Shown: piece after piece, positions 21,059 to 32,373 of the stretch | Position numbering within the stretch: position 1 is the stretch's first letter | How the letters are laid out: each line of letters begins with the position of its first letter | Source: Octopus bimaculoides | Taxonomy: Eukaryota | Reading direction: 5' to 3' | DNA length: 32,373 nucleotides | Assembly: GCF_001194135.2 (NCBI RefSeq) | Contig: NC_068982.1 | Coordinates: 124,706,998-124,739,370 of the forward strand | Program-made: the position numbers and the translations under genes | Notes under the pieces: model-generated | Database searches by the model: none | What the model saw: the letters and a program-made list of their open reading frames with translations, nothing else | What the model was told of the DNA's origin: nothing

Positions 21059-22150
21059 ATTTTGGTTTCAAATTTTGGCACAATATCGGTGGAGAGGGTT
21101 AGTTGATTACGTCGACCCCAGTACTCAACTGGTGCTTACTTTATTGACCCCGAAAGGACGAAAAGCAAAGTCAACCCCCGCAGCATTTGAACTTAGAACG
21201 TAAAGTTGAAAGAAACGCCGCTAAGCATTTTTCCGGCGCAGGAACGATTCTGCCTGATCGCCATCTTTAAAAGATCAGTGGTTTTGATAAGAAGAATTAG
21301 TCGATTGCATCGATTCCAGCATTTGATTGGGACTTTACTTTATGGACCCCACAGAGATGAAAGGCAAAAATTACATCAGCGGAATTTGAACTCAGACTAT
21401 AAAAATCTGGAATAACCACCACAAAGTATTTTATCCGACACTCTAACAGTTCTGCCAATCCACCCATTTTTTTCGGTTTCTAAATTAAGCATAAGGCCAG
21501 TAATTTTGAGGTCAGGGAATAAAGGGTATAGTAAGTTGATACCATTCGTTTCAGCTTGCTGCAATGAAATATGTTTTAATATTGATTTCAAATTTTGGTA
21601 CAAGGCCAACAATTTCAGGTGGGGTGGAGAGTGGGTAAGTTGTCTATATCGACAACAGAGCTCACCTGGTACTTATTTTTTCGACCCTGAAAGGTTGAAA
21701 GGAAAAGCTAGCCTCGTCGGAATTTGAACTCAAAACGTAAAGACGGACGAAATGCCGCTAAGCATTTTGCCTGGCGTATTAACGATTCTTTTCTACACTA
21801 GGCACAAGGCCGGAAATTTTGTGGGAGGGGGCCAGTCGATTAGATCGACCCCAGTACGCAACTGGTACTTAATTTATCGACCCCGAAAGGATGAAAGGCA
21901 AAGTCGACCTCGGCGGAATTTGAACTCAGAACGTAACGGCAGACGAAATACCGCTAAGCATTTCGCCCTCTGTGCTAACGTTTCTTATTTCTTTATTGCC
22001 CACAAGGGGCTAAACATAAAGGGGACAAACAAGGACAGACAAACGGATTAAGTCGATTATATCGACCCCAGTGCGTAACTGGTACTTATTTAATCGACCC
22101 CGAAAGGATCGATTAACGTCGTGCTAACGTTTCTGCCAGCTCGCTGCTTT
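21059..22150 (-). mobile_element. Cluster of five co-oriented SINE family A copies, partly nested
   Basis: Copies at ~21059-21268, 21279-21466, 21581-21787, 21788-22150 (interrupted) and 21985-22120. A 13-bp TSD GTGCTAACGTTTC lies at 21972-21984 and 22121-22133. Confidence 0.9.
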
Positions 22151-22521
22151 AGTCGAATTAAATAAAAAAGAAGGAAAAGACGAAGCAAGTTCAGATAATC
22201 TTGGAGTAAATTAAACTGTAGTTATGTAAATAAAATATTGTAGAAATCTTTGTTTTGATTTGTGTGTACTCACGCGGATAGATTTTGAATTTAAATTCAT
22301 TTTGTCATTTGGTATACGCCTAGAATGTAGCGTTAACATATGAATGGCGAAAGTCACTTTCACAACAACGATAGCTTGTCACAAGCTGCAAGTACTAGGA
22401 TTTCACGAAGCGTCAAACAGCGAACCAAAGGGAGGCCATGCAGAAAAGTCTGCACTTGAAACTCGAAATACTGACTGGTGCTGGATTGAAAAAATTGGGA
22501 ATCCGTTGCTGCTGCACTTAC

Positions 22522-22584
22522 CGTTAAGAAAACAGTATATATTTGGATATGTAGAAGTTGTGTATCGCATATGCACTGAGGTGT
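22522..22584 (-). other. Candidate 63-nt spliced exon of an unidentified transcript
   Basis: Acceptor TTTATCTCTTATTTTCTTTATTTTTTCACAG| and donor ACG|GTAAGT. Length is divisible by 3 and two frames are open (xTSVHMRYTTSTYPNIYCFLNx or TPQCICDTQLLHIQIYTVFLT). Confidence 0.35.
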
Positions 22585-22924
22585 CTGTGAAAAAATAAAG
22601 AAAATAAGAGATAAACATATCGAGTCACTCGTTGAGTGGTTGAGCAAACGCCCATAATTAACACTGAAAAATCTTTGCAAATGTTTACCTTCAACATAAA
22701 TGAGCGGATCGCAAGGGAGACTATGTTGAAAAATAAAAAGTTCATTTGGTCTTATTCCATGAGAGTATCCTGGTCAGCCTATGAACTTTTCAGCCGACCC
22801 TCGTAGTGACTGACTGAGTTCAAAGAATGTATGTATGATGCGTTTATGCATGCATGTATGTACGTGTGCATGTATGTATGTATGTATGTATGTATGTATG
22901 TATGTATGTATGTATGTATGTATG

Positions 22925-23323
22925 ATTTCTTTTCAGAAACTCAAGCAGATCAGGTCAGACTGGGTATCACAAGAAACCCAAATCTCTCTATGTATGAGAC
23001 CTTTGTTCTTGCAGCCCTGCTTTGGGCATGATGCGTGAACAACCTAAAGGCATCGGATCAAGCAGTTGGACAGGTTTCATCAGTATTGTATCGGGCGCAT
23101 CCTGAACACGAAATGGTTTTCTTATACACCTGATGCTGTTATACTTGAGAAAGTGGATAGCACCAAAACTAAGGAAAATATGATTTTGAACCAGATGTGT
23201 TCGGCTGGTTATAGTGTCAGAATGGAAAGTGGATGAATCCTTAAAAAGATCTTTTTGGGGAAGCTAATCAGAGGGAAAAAGCCACAACATAAACCAAGGA
23301 AGCGATTTAAGGATACGATATTA
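22925..23323 (+). pseudogene. Decayed RTE/BovB-like LINE, 3' coding fragment
   Basis: From 23060: KQLDRFHQYCIGRILNTKWFSYTPDAVILEKVDSTKTKENMILNQMCSAGYSVRMESG*ILKKIFLGKLIRGKKPQHKPRKRFKDTIL, a typical RTE C-terminus. Upstream frameshifted MYETFVLAALLWA. Confidence 0.85.
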
Positions 23324-23550
23324 TGCACAACGCGGTGTAAATAAAAAAAGAAAATGGACAAACTGAAATATTACAAAGGCTCTGAACCAAAATCATAAAG
23401 GAATTCTTTCTATGCATTTACGTGAGCAGGAAAGAAGAAGCCATCTTCTAAAGGGCAGTTTCACTGTTTGTTGAGCGTTCCTCAGAACTATGATAGTTAG
23501 CCTATTCGCATGTCTTTGTGAATGACGGTTCGTCGTTAATTAAGCAGTAT

Positions 23551-23762
23551 AAGGCAGCAAGCTGGTAGAATCGTTAGCGCGTCGGGCGAAATGCTTAGCG
23601 GTATTTCGCCCGTCGCTACGTTCTGAGTTCAAATTCCGCCGAGATCGACTTAGCTTTTCCTCCTTTCGGGGTCGATTTATTAAGTACCAGTTACGTACTG
23701 GGGTCGATGTAATCGACTTAATCCGCTCCCCCAAGCTGCCCTTGTGGCAAAAATTTGAAATC
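23551..23762 (+). mobile_element. SINE family A copy
   Basis: AAGGCAGCAAGCTGGTAGAATCGTTAGC...GAGTTCAAATTCCGCCGAG. Confidence 0.9.
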
Positions 23763-23805
23763 ATTAATTAAATAGTATCTCTTTCATGCGCATTACAGCG
23801 TAAAT

Positions 23806-24215
23806 CAGCAGAAGTGGACTGTGGTAAGAAGCTTGCTTCCCAACCACATGGTTCCATGTTCAGTCCCACTGCGTGCCATCTTCGGCAAGTATCTTCTACT
23901 ATAGCCTCGGGCCGACCAAAGCCTTATGAGTGGATTTGGCAGACGGAAACTGAAAGAAGCCCATCGTATATGTATATGTATATATATATATGTGTGTGTG
24001 TGTCTTTGTATCTGTGTTTGTGCCCCGACCACCGCTTGACAACCGGTGTTGGTGTGTTTGTGTCCCGTAACTCAGCGGATCGGTAAGAGAGACTGCTAGA
24101 ATAAATACCAGGTTTTTAAAAAGTTACTGGGATCGATTCATTTGACTAAAAATTCAAGGCGGTGCTCCAGCATGGCCGCAGTCTGGTGACTGAAATAGGT
24201 AAAAGAATATAAGAA
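23806..24215 (+). mobile_element. SINE family B, full copy with internal TA/TG microsatellite
   Basis: tRNA-like head TGTGGTAAGAAGCTTGC...TGTTCAGTCCCAC and tail AAGGCGGTGCTCCAGCATGGCCGCAGTC...GTAAAAGAAT. Confidence 0.9.
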
Positions 24216-24231
24216 AGAATATTTAAATATT

Positions 24232-24437
24232 CTTTTCTACTCTAGGCACAAGGCCCGAAATTTTTGGGAAGGGGTCAGTCGATTAGATCGACCTCAGTGC
24301 ACAACTGGTACTAAATTTATCGACCCCGAAAGAATGACAGGCAAAGTCGATCTCAGCGGAATTTAAACTCAGAACGGAAAGACGGACGCTAAACATTTCG
24401 CCTGGCGTGCTAACCTTTCTGCCAGCTCGCTGCCTTC
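24232..24437 (-). mobile_element. SINE family A copy with 16-bp TSD, inserted at the tail of the SINE B copy
   Basis: AGAATATTTAAATATT at 24216-24231 and 24438-24453. Confidence 0.92.
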
Positions 24438-24968
24438 AGAATATTTAAATATTATAAAGCCTCTCTCTGGATGAACTAAGAATGTAAACACATTGTTTGT
24501 ATGGATAAACGAAAAAATAGGGAGGGTAAGTTTATACATTCAATGGATTACTGAACAAGTTTTGAGAAGTTGTCTGATGAGCTTGGGAGTTGCATAGTGC
24601 ATTGCAGAATCTAAATAACTGCATTACGCTTACATCAAAATAAAAACTCTTAATGAAACAACTGTAGCAACACTTGAAAACTTATAAGTTTGTTTTTATT
24701 ATTATTTTGTGCCACTTTCGAAGTTTTATTCCTCCTTGAATACCATTGGAATTGTGGATTACTCAGTAGCAGTGTAGTGTCTTGATCGATGTCTTCTGTG
24801 CTAGGATAATGGATTACTTCACTGTCTGCTCTGCATGATCCTGTTTAGCCTATTTGTGGTGTGCTTCACTTTGGTATGCCTTAATTCTTTATAGATCCGT
24901 TTTAATCGATGTGTATGCGTGCGTGCGTGTGTGTGTGTATGTGTGTGTGTGCGTGTGTGCGTGTGTGT

Positions 24969-25008
<40 letters not shown>

Positions 25009-25969
25009 GTGCGTGTGTGCGCGTATTAAGTTTATCTTGAAACGTTTCATAGTTGGTTTGCCACTCTTCAAAGGATAAGTGCTTCAGTCATGAAACATGT
25101 CTGTTAAGGCAACCAGCCAGATATATAAACAAAGGCCACAGAATGTCTCTAGGCAAGAAGAGACATTCATCATAAACTGCGTAATCATCTGTTATCTATA
25201 CGCATTGAATATATACGTTGCATCGTATAGTCACTACAATTAGAGACTTCACTAAGTCGGAAAGCACGATTTGTATAAATAGCGCATTACTTTCAAGTAC
25301 TTTTAATTCATTATTGATATACTAAGCAGCGTTATATTTTTTGCTGTAATTATACTTTAGAGTAAATCTATTATAGAAGTACAATTTGTAGCAGACACTA
25401 CAAATGTAATTGGATACACCAGTCAAATGTAAATAAATACCTAGACAGTAATTCTGTGTAGAAACTATCTCTCTCTCTCTCACACACACACACGCACACT
25501 CACACACACATACGCGCGCGCACACGCACACACGCACACGCACACGCGCACACACACACATACACACCAATAGACATATCTGCAATACAATTTGTTTGAC
25601 GCCTTCTGTACTATTTGACATTCGTTAGTAGTACGTCAATTTATAAAGTACTAGGGCAATGTTCTGATGCCAATAATTTCTGTTTTGCCTGTTGTCTGTA
25701 ACTTGAGATATGCTCGACGGGATTATAACTTTCATAAAATAATTTTGCAGTCTTTCTTTGAAACACTCGTCATTTCTGGTTTCATTTTACATCTCAAACA
25801 TCTGGAGCATGATGAGATTTATGAGTGGATGTGGAATAAAAGGGGGAGAGGTATAGCAAGTCGAAAGTTAAATCGTTCGCGTTTTCACGAAAGAAAAAAA
25901 AAATTCGATTCATTCCTTTATAGGAATGACTCAACACTATATACTAGCTGACTATAACTAGCGAACGGG

Positions 25970-26151
25970 AACTACAGCAAATAGCAGTAAAATCGCATTC
26001 AAATCACATCCAACCGTTTCAAAGAAAGAAATGCCATATTGGATAATGCATTCACGATATATCCCTCAAAATACAAGATGGTCACGGTTGGAACGCTTTT
26101 GAACTTAAGTCTGCTCGATTAGGGCTGAATTGGGATTAAGCAACAACAACA
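25970..26151 (+). mobile_element. Interspersed repeat family E, 3' part with (CAA)n tail
   Basis: GATGGTCACGGTTGGAA...GTCTGCTCGATTAGGGCTGAATTGGGATTAAGCAACAACAAC; homologous to 29450-29808. Confidence 0.6.
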
Positions 26152-26419
26152 ATTAGCCTGTGACAAATTTCAGCTCTTTTCTACCGCTTGCCTTTTTCAA
26201 TTTGAGGTTACGATCGGTGTGAATAAATGTATCTTTGACAAAAAGTTAGTCACTTAAATACATGGGTACCGTGACTGATAATAAAAGGGAATGTTTGAAA
26301 GAATCAATGACAAATGGACCTCAGTGTTTCTCAAACATTTTTTCACCATCGTTCCCATCCTTTTGTTAACATTTCGATGTAGCCTTGCTACGCTCCAGCA
26401 ATATTATATCACCACATAC

Positions 26420-26640
26420 GGCGGCGAGCTGACAGAATCGTTAGCACGCCGCGTAAAATGCTTAGCGGCCGGCATTTCTTTCGTCTTTACGTTCTGAGTT
26501 CAAATGCCGCCGGGGTCAACTTTGCATATTATCCTTTTGGGGCCGATAAAAGGAGTACCAATTGACCAATGGCGGGTCGATGTAATCGGTTTACTTCCTC
26601 CCCAGAAATTTCTGGTCTTGTGCCAAAATTTGAAATCAAT
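26420..26640 (+). mobile_element. SINE family A copy
   Basis: GGCGGCGAGCTGACAGAATCGTTAGCACGCCG...GAGTTCAAATGCC. Confidence 0.88.
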
Positions 26641-26877
26641 ATTAAATCTCCACATGTACATCTGTGTATTTATAGGTACAAGTCAGGACGTTACCGAACG
26701 CTAAAGGTGCGTAGTCGTCTTTATCGCACGTATAGATTTACCCTCAAATTTTGATAACTTCTTTTAAATTATACTTTCGTTTATTGCTTATAATTTACCT
26801 GCAAAGGTAGTATATATTCTGTTTTGTCTTTTTACTTATTTACATCTTGAAGTCTAGTATAATTATTGATGTTGTCA

Positions 26878-27081
26878 AGGCGGTAAGCTGGTAGAATCGT
26901 TAACGCGTCCGACAAAATGCTTCGACTTTTTACTCTTCTGAGTTCAAATTCCATCGATGCCAATTAAGCCTTTCATCTTTTCAGGGTCACCCTGTCGGGA
27001 CCAAGTACTGGGGTCGATGTAATCGACGAATCTTCTCCCCGCAAACTTCAGGCCTTGTACCAAAATTTGAAAAGGTTATTG
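26878..27081 (+). mobile_element. SINE family A copy with 12-bp TSD
   Basis: TTGATGTTGTCA at 26866-26877 and 27082-27093. Confidence 0.85.
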
Positions 27082-28577
27082 TTGATGTTGTCATTGCTAA
27101 TGTCATTGTCTTTGTTGTCGTGATTGTGGCTACAATTAGTTTATCATAATATTACATTTTTAAAAATTACTATTTAAATAGGAGATAAAGGAAAAAAGAC
27201 TGTTCAGATCCATTAATTACTTCCCTTATTGCAACTTTTGCCTCAAGTACCTACACAAAACATTCCACCGCTCCCATCAAGGTATGTACCATCCATTTTG
27301 GGAAAGAACTTTTAACTGATAGCGCAGTAATCGTACTCTTAATGAGTCTGCTTCTCCTAAATCCGCTTTACGCCTATATGCGTACAGATATGGCAACGAG
27401 TAGAGCTTTATGTGGTCTTACGATCTGCGAGAAGTAGCACCCAAATTCACTCAAATCATATTTGCCACATCACGAAAGGATGGGTACATTTGCCAATACA
27501 GTCTCAGATACAAAAAAAAAAAGATAAAAAAACCGGATGGTCATTGATGAAATGTAATTTCTTCACTTGCTGGATTTGTATGGAGGGCATGACCTTCTAG
27601 TGCCTCCCCACTTTCCGAGACCAGTGTAAACTGTTACAAGAGAAACATTAAAACGTCCGATGTCAAATAAGTCAAGGTCGAATCATCGACGCCAAATAAG
27701 CTGTGCCAAAACGTCTATTCGACTCATTCAAGAAAAAGATGAAGAGAGGGAGAGAGAGAGAGAGGGGGGGATGGAGGGACGAGAAGAGGGAGGAGGGAGA
27801 GAGGGAGACCCTGAGGACCGCCGTTTTAGAGAGGAAGGAGTGACTTTTTATTATAGGTGTACTCAATCATGGCTGATCTGTGATAAAAGTACAACAGACC
27901 TGCAGAATTGAATTGGACTGTGGAGAGAATACAAAATGTTCAGGATGCCAAACTGCGCTGCATACAATTCATCCTCACATGGTAGTAAGTAAGTCGGAAT
28001 ATAGTCAGCTTAGATGACTCTCTTACTATCAGCGTGTCATAAATCTGCCTCATCATAGTTGACGCGGAGTCACACAACATTAAACTTTATAAAAAACGAA
28101 TGACGGTCATAATTGAAGTGCCCTTGACTATAGTTCTTCGGATTTTATCCGGTTTTAAACAACACAATACCTTCAGTGAGAAAACTTAGGCAAACATAAA
28201 AAGACAGCCATCACTTTTACCAGGAATCATTAACAGGGACCTTCTACGTAGAGTTACTCTGTGTGCTGTGTGTCGAGTTTTGTTTTCGTCAATAGAGCAG
28301 CTTTTGTTGACGAGGGCAGCGTGTCCTGCTGTTAAAAGGTAATATGATCTAGAAGTGGGTGTCTTCATATTTAAAGAATCAAGATATTAGATAATGAAGA
28401 CAAACCCGTTGGGACCCGCGTTGTGTAGCTACACAGCCTCCAGCCTCACTCACGTACAGACAAAAAAATGGAAGTAAAATATGAGGCAAAATAGAAAGCA
28501 ATGTATAAGTGAGAGAAAATAAGAAAGAATACAAAGAGATTTTGAATGCAACAAAATTGAAGCATGAATGAAACATG

Positions 28578-28850
28578 GAAGCTGTATTATGGTAAAAACA
28601 GGAACATCAATAAATGTAGGAATAGACTAAGCTGAAAGAAAACCTCACCAATAAAGATAATTAACATGCAGGAAGACATGATAATTTAATGTAAAGGAGG
28701 TTTTAATAAAACAAAATTGCAGTGTATTAGATATGGACGTGAAAAGCTGTATGATGGTAAAAACAGGAATGTGAATACATGTAGGAATAATCAGAAAGAA
28801 GGCACATCAATAAAGGTAATTAACATGTAAGAGACATGAGATAATTTAAT
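28578..28850 (+). repeat. Diverged direct duplication of ~110 bp (period ~163)
   Basis: AAGCTGTAT(T/G)ATGGTAAAAACAGGAA...ATGTAGGAATA...AATAAAG(A/G)TAATTAACATG...GATAATTTAAT occurs at ~28578-28692 and ~28741-28850. Confidence 0.75.
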
Positions 28851-28985
28851 ATCGGTAATTCCAACGGTTTTTTTTTTATTCCCCACCCTTTATGAATCAT
28901 TCAATCAGCCAAAATTCCCATCACTCATTCATTTGTATAGGCAAATATTTAATCATTGGAACTTTTTTCATCTTATCGTTTATAT

Positions 28986-29148
28986 TTTACTTGTTTCAGC
29001 TCTGGGACTGCGGCCAAGCTGGGGCACTGCTCTGAAGAATTTAATCGGACAAATCAACTCCAGTCCTTTTTTTTAAGGCTACTACTTATTTTGTTGGTCC
29101 CTTAGGTGGTGGGGACAAACATAGCACATATACAAAGTCATACACACA

Positions 29149-29184
<36 letters not shown>

Positions 29185-29330
29185 NNNNNNNNNNGTCTAC
29201 CAAATCCACTCACAAGGCTTTGGTCGGCTGAAGCTATAGTAGAAGACTATAGGTATCGCGCAATAGGACTGAACCCAAAACCACATGATTGTGAAATAAG
29301 CTTCTTAACTACATAGCTACACCTATGCCT
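28986..29330 (-). mobile_element. SINE family B copy spanning a 10-N gap
   Basis: Tail TTTTACTTGTTTCAG...GCGGCCAAGCTGG and head CTACCAAATCCACTCACAAGGCTTTGGTCGG...GGACTGAACCC...AAGCTTCTTAAC. Confidence 0.8.
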
Positions 29331-29449
29331 CTTCAGATATTTTGCCTGGTTTCTGTTCATTAATACTTCAACTGCAGCCACGCATAATTTCGTAGTTATC
29401 TTCAGTAAAAAAAAAAAACGCCTTCCTTGCGCTATTCAGTGAGCTTCTC

Positions 29450-29808
29450 TACAGGGTTACGCTGCCTGCGAGAAATAACAGCCAGATTCCTCTCAAATTA
29501 CACCTTACAGTGTTAGAAAAGGAAGAACAAATAGTCATAGACACACAATGCCCGAGAAAATAAACGGGATAGACACAACTGGAATGTCACTGGAATACCA
29601 TTGATAAAGAATGGCCAAGAAAAGAAAAGAATGATAGTCATAGAATTCCAATGAAATGTCACACTGTTTAAGAAAAAAGATGGGATGGTCACGGCTGGAA
29701 TGTCATTAGAATGCCATTTCTATTCAGATAGACAATTTACTTACGAATAGGCCATTCATTATAGGATCTGGTCAATCAAGGTTGACTTGGCCCTAAGCAA
29801 CAACAATT
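29450..29808 (+). mobile_element. Interspersed repeat family E with internal duplication and (CAA)n tail
   Basis: AACAGCCAGATTCCTCTCAAATTACACC...GATGGGATGGTCACGGCTGGAATG...CTAAGCAACAACAA. Confidence 0.6.
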
Positions 29809-30124
29809 AGCTTCGGGAAAAGATTAGGTTGTCCAACTATATCTAACATATGGTTGTCAAATAAATTCGTTTTTATCTTTCTTTTTTTTCTACTTGGTAC
29901 TCCATCATCATATTTCTGAAAAAAGCTAAAAGTTGTAGAGGAAGAACAGAGCTACAAAAACCCCCACAAAACCCAAAACTAAAACACTACGATAAAAATA
30001 CTTTTCGTCTTAATTCAGATAACATCGAAGAGAATTAAACTAAACAGAAAACAACGAACGAATTTATATGACAATTCAATTCATAACTATTTGGTTTTAA
30101 AGCAAATTTACATAAGGAAAGCTC

Positions 30125-30260
30125 TTGGCCAAGTGGTTAGAAATGTCTAGCTCACGATCATAAGATTGTTAGTTCGATTCCAATGCCGAACGTGCGTTCT
30201 TGAATAAGGCATTTTATTTCACATTACTTCAATTAACTCAGTTGTAATGAGTATCAGTTT
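30125..30260 (+). mobile_element. SINE family D 5' fragment, degenerate
   Basis: TGGCCAAGTGGTTAG...CACGATCATAAGATTGTTAGTTCGATTCC. Confidence 0.55.
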
Positions 30261-30550
30261 CAAGCAACAAGCAGCGTATTTAATTAGCTCTTTCAATACA
30301 TAATTAAAACTAATTTATGTAATCAAGGCACGTGGTCTCGTGGTTGCTCGAGTCTCTTCATCTGTAATGAGTAACATTCAGATGCTAGTGCAATCCTCAG
30401 CCCGCTGGGTCAAGGAATGAGGAAGCCGAATGGATGCCAATGCTTGCTCACAACTAAACAATTAGTGAAAACAATAAGCGAAAGCATGGAACATGTTATC
30501 AAGTTATACTCGTTCGCAAGTAACGACTGGATGTTCTCTAATTTATACCA

Positions 30551-30763
30551 GTTTCAAATTTTGGCACATGGCTAGCAAGTTCGGTGAAGGAGTTAAGTCG
30601 ATCACATCAACCCCAGTGTTCAACTGGTAATTGTTTTATCGACTCCGAAAGGAGGAAAAGCAAAGTCGACTTCGGTGAAAATTGAACTCAGAACGTAAAG
30701 ACGGACGAAATGCCGCTAAGCATTTTGCCTGATATGCTAACAATGCTGCCAGCTCACTGTCTT
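30551..30763 (-). mobile_element. SINE family A copy
   Basis: TTTCAAATTTTGGCAC...TGAACTCAGAACGTAAAGACGGACGAAATGCCGCTAAGCA...GCCAGCTCACTGTCTT. Confidence 0.88.
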
Positions 30764-31431
30764 GTACTAATTTATATAAAAAGTAATTTACGACAGTTCG
30801 TAAGGGGGTGAAATGGCAAAATTCGTTAGAGCGTTTCTCAACCTTTTTACCCTTGCGTAACCCTTGAAATAAATTACATGTCCCAAGGAACCCCTGCACA
30901 AAAAAGTTATATGCCATATCTTTCTCATATTTTTTCATCGTAGTTCACGTGGTATATATATATATATATNNNNNNNNNNNNNNNNNNNNNNNNNNNNNNN
31001 NNNNNNNNNNNNNNNNNNNNNNNNNNNNNNNNNNNNNNNNNNNNNNNNNNNNNNNNNNNNNNNNNNNNNNNNNNNNNNNNNNNNNNNNNNNNNNNNNNNN
31101 NNNNNNNNNNNNNNNNNNNNNNNNNNNNNNNNNNNNNNNNNNNNNNNNNNNNNNNNNNNNNNNNNNNNNNNNNNNNNNNNNNNNNNNNNNNNNNNNNNNN
31201 NNNNNNNNNNNNNNNNNNNNNNNNNNNNNNNNNNNNNNNNNNNNNNNNNNNNNNNNNNNNNNNNNNNNNNNNNNNNNNNNNNNNNNNNNNNNNNNNNNNN
31301 NNNNNNNNNNNNNNNNNNNNNNNNNNNNNNNNNNNNNNNNNNNNNNNNNNNNNNNNNNNNNNNNNNNNNNNNNNNNNNNCTATAGTACAATATTACAATA
31401 ACCAATAGTACGTTGTGCATGTATAATAATA

Positions 31432-31659
31432 TTGGGTTGTCCGGAAAATTCGTGCCGATTTTTAAAGGAAAGAAAAAGGTCAATAAATACTTGCCATTAC
31501 ATTTTTAATCAACCAAATATGAACCATTTTGTTGCACAATGCGCCTCCATCGTTCCTTTAACTTGAAAATACCCTCTTCCCAGAATTGAGGTGGTTTCAT
31601 GGCAAATAAGTCGAAAGGTAAGCTACTATAAATCGGCACGAACTTTCCGAACAACCCAA
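31432..31659 (-). mobile_element. Internally deleted mariner transposon (228 bp) with 30-bp TIRs and TA TSD
   Basis: TIRs TTGGGTTGTCCGGAAAATTCGTGCCGATTT(31432-31461) and AAATCGGCACGAACTTTCCGAACAACCCAA(31630-31659) match 28/30. TA on both sides. Minus 31505-31600 encodes MKPPQFWEEGIFKLKERWRRIVQQNGSYLVD*, a mariner transposase C-terminus. Confidence 0.92.
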
Positions 31660-31759
31660 TATTACGATCATGAAATTAGCATTAGCTTATCTCACTCTTA
31701 CTCGCGGAAACCCTAGGAACCTTTTGCGGAACCCTACGGTTCCGGGGAACTCCAGACAA

Positions 31760-31910
31760 ACTGCTTAGCGGTATTTCTTCGGGTTCTTTAAGTTCTGAGC
31801 TCAAATCCCACCGGGGTTAACTTTGCCTTTCTTGCTTCTGGAGTCGATGAAATAAAGTACCAGTCAAGTTCCGGGGTCAATGTAATTGACTAGCTCTTTC
31901 CTTGTGCCTA
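31760..31910 (+). mobile_element. SINE family A, 5'-truncated copy
   Basis: TGCTTAGCGGTATTTC...GTTCTGAGCTCAAATCCC...AAGTACCAG. Confidence 0.7.
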
Positions 31911-31962
31911 CATTAGGAACAATTAGTGACATTTCGAGTAAGTTGAATTTTTTCTTTCATAA

Positions 31963-32341
31963 GTGCAGGCGTGACTCTGTGATTAAGAAGCTGGCTTTGA
32001 AACCACGAGGTATTGGGTTCAGTTCCACTGCGATAGCCCCGAGCCAACTAATGCCTAATAAGAGAATTTGATAGACAGAAATGTGTAGAAGCCCGTCGCA
32101 TGTGTGTGTGTGTGTGTGTGTGTGTCTGTGTTCGCCTCCTCACAGCTTGACGACCGGTGTTGGTTTGCTTACGTTCCCGTAACAGTGCAGTTCGGCAAAA
32201 AAAAATCCCGACAGATTAAGTGCCAGACTTTTAAAATCAAGACGTACTGTGGTCTAGCTGTTCGTCTAAATAAACCCTTTCAGGGTATTGCCCCAGGATG
32301 GTCGCAGTCCAATAGCTGAAATAAGAAGTAAAAGAGTAAAG
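31963..32341 (+). mobile_element. SINE family B, full diverged copy
   Basis: Head ...GGGTTCAGTTCCACTGCG, internal (TG)n, tail GGATGGTCGCAGTCCAATAGCTGAAATAAG. Confidence 0.8.
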
Positions 32342-32373
32342 GCAAATAGTACTTTATCAATACATAATCGAAA

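Larger units (their letters stand above)
5046..31379. other. Nine assembly gaps: 5046-5465, 5864-6785, 8095-9091, 13545-14098, 14804-14909, 15465-15564, 18355-19092, 29185-29194, 30970-31379
   Basis: N runs, nearly all flanked by (TA)n, (GT)n or homopolymers. Confidence 0.98.

Noticed and set aside
27858-28338. Plus-strand candidate exons (~27858-27981 and 28224-28338) with CxxC-like peptides
   Set aside because: The first has stops in all three frames from its acceptor. The second has only moderate splice signals and no recognisable homology.
4915-31483. Long ORFs in the supplied track (up to 381 aa)
   Set aside because: They are runs of X across N gaps or translations of microsatellites (YIYI, CVCV, HTHT).
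1689-32341. tRNA-like A/B boxes as tRNA genes
   Set aside because: They are SINE heads with no complete cloverleaf or acceptor stem, and they continue into repeat bodies.

Overview
AT-rich, microsatellite-dense eukaryotic (animal) DNA. About 4.3 kb (~13%) is N gaps, in nine blocks. The SINE families look like those I recall from Octopus genomes, so an octopod source is likely, but that is inference. No intact protein-coding gene is supported: almost all listed ORFs are microsatellite, gap or SINE artefacts. The window holds ~25 tRNA-headed SINE copies from about five families, a complete 863-bp non-autonomous Helitron, a 228-bp mariner deletion derivative, a second MITE-like element, three decayed LINE relics (two RTE-like, one L1/Tx1-like) and a 240-bp inverted-repeat element. 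The main unexpected signal is five type I hammerhead-ribozyme-like motifs in the first 9.4 kb, each in an unrelated short element lying at or near TA-rich microsatellites. One motif has an intact core inside a 340-bp unit with terminal redundancy, the architecture expected for a non-LTR retrozyme or Penelope-derived circRNA element. Another carries the compensatory U3-A8 core variant. None of this has been checked by computation or experiment.
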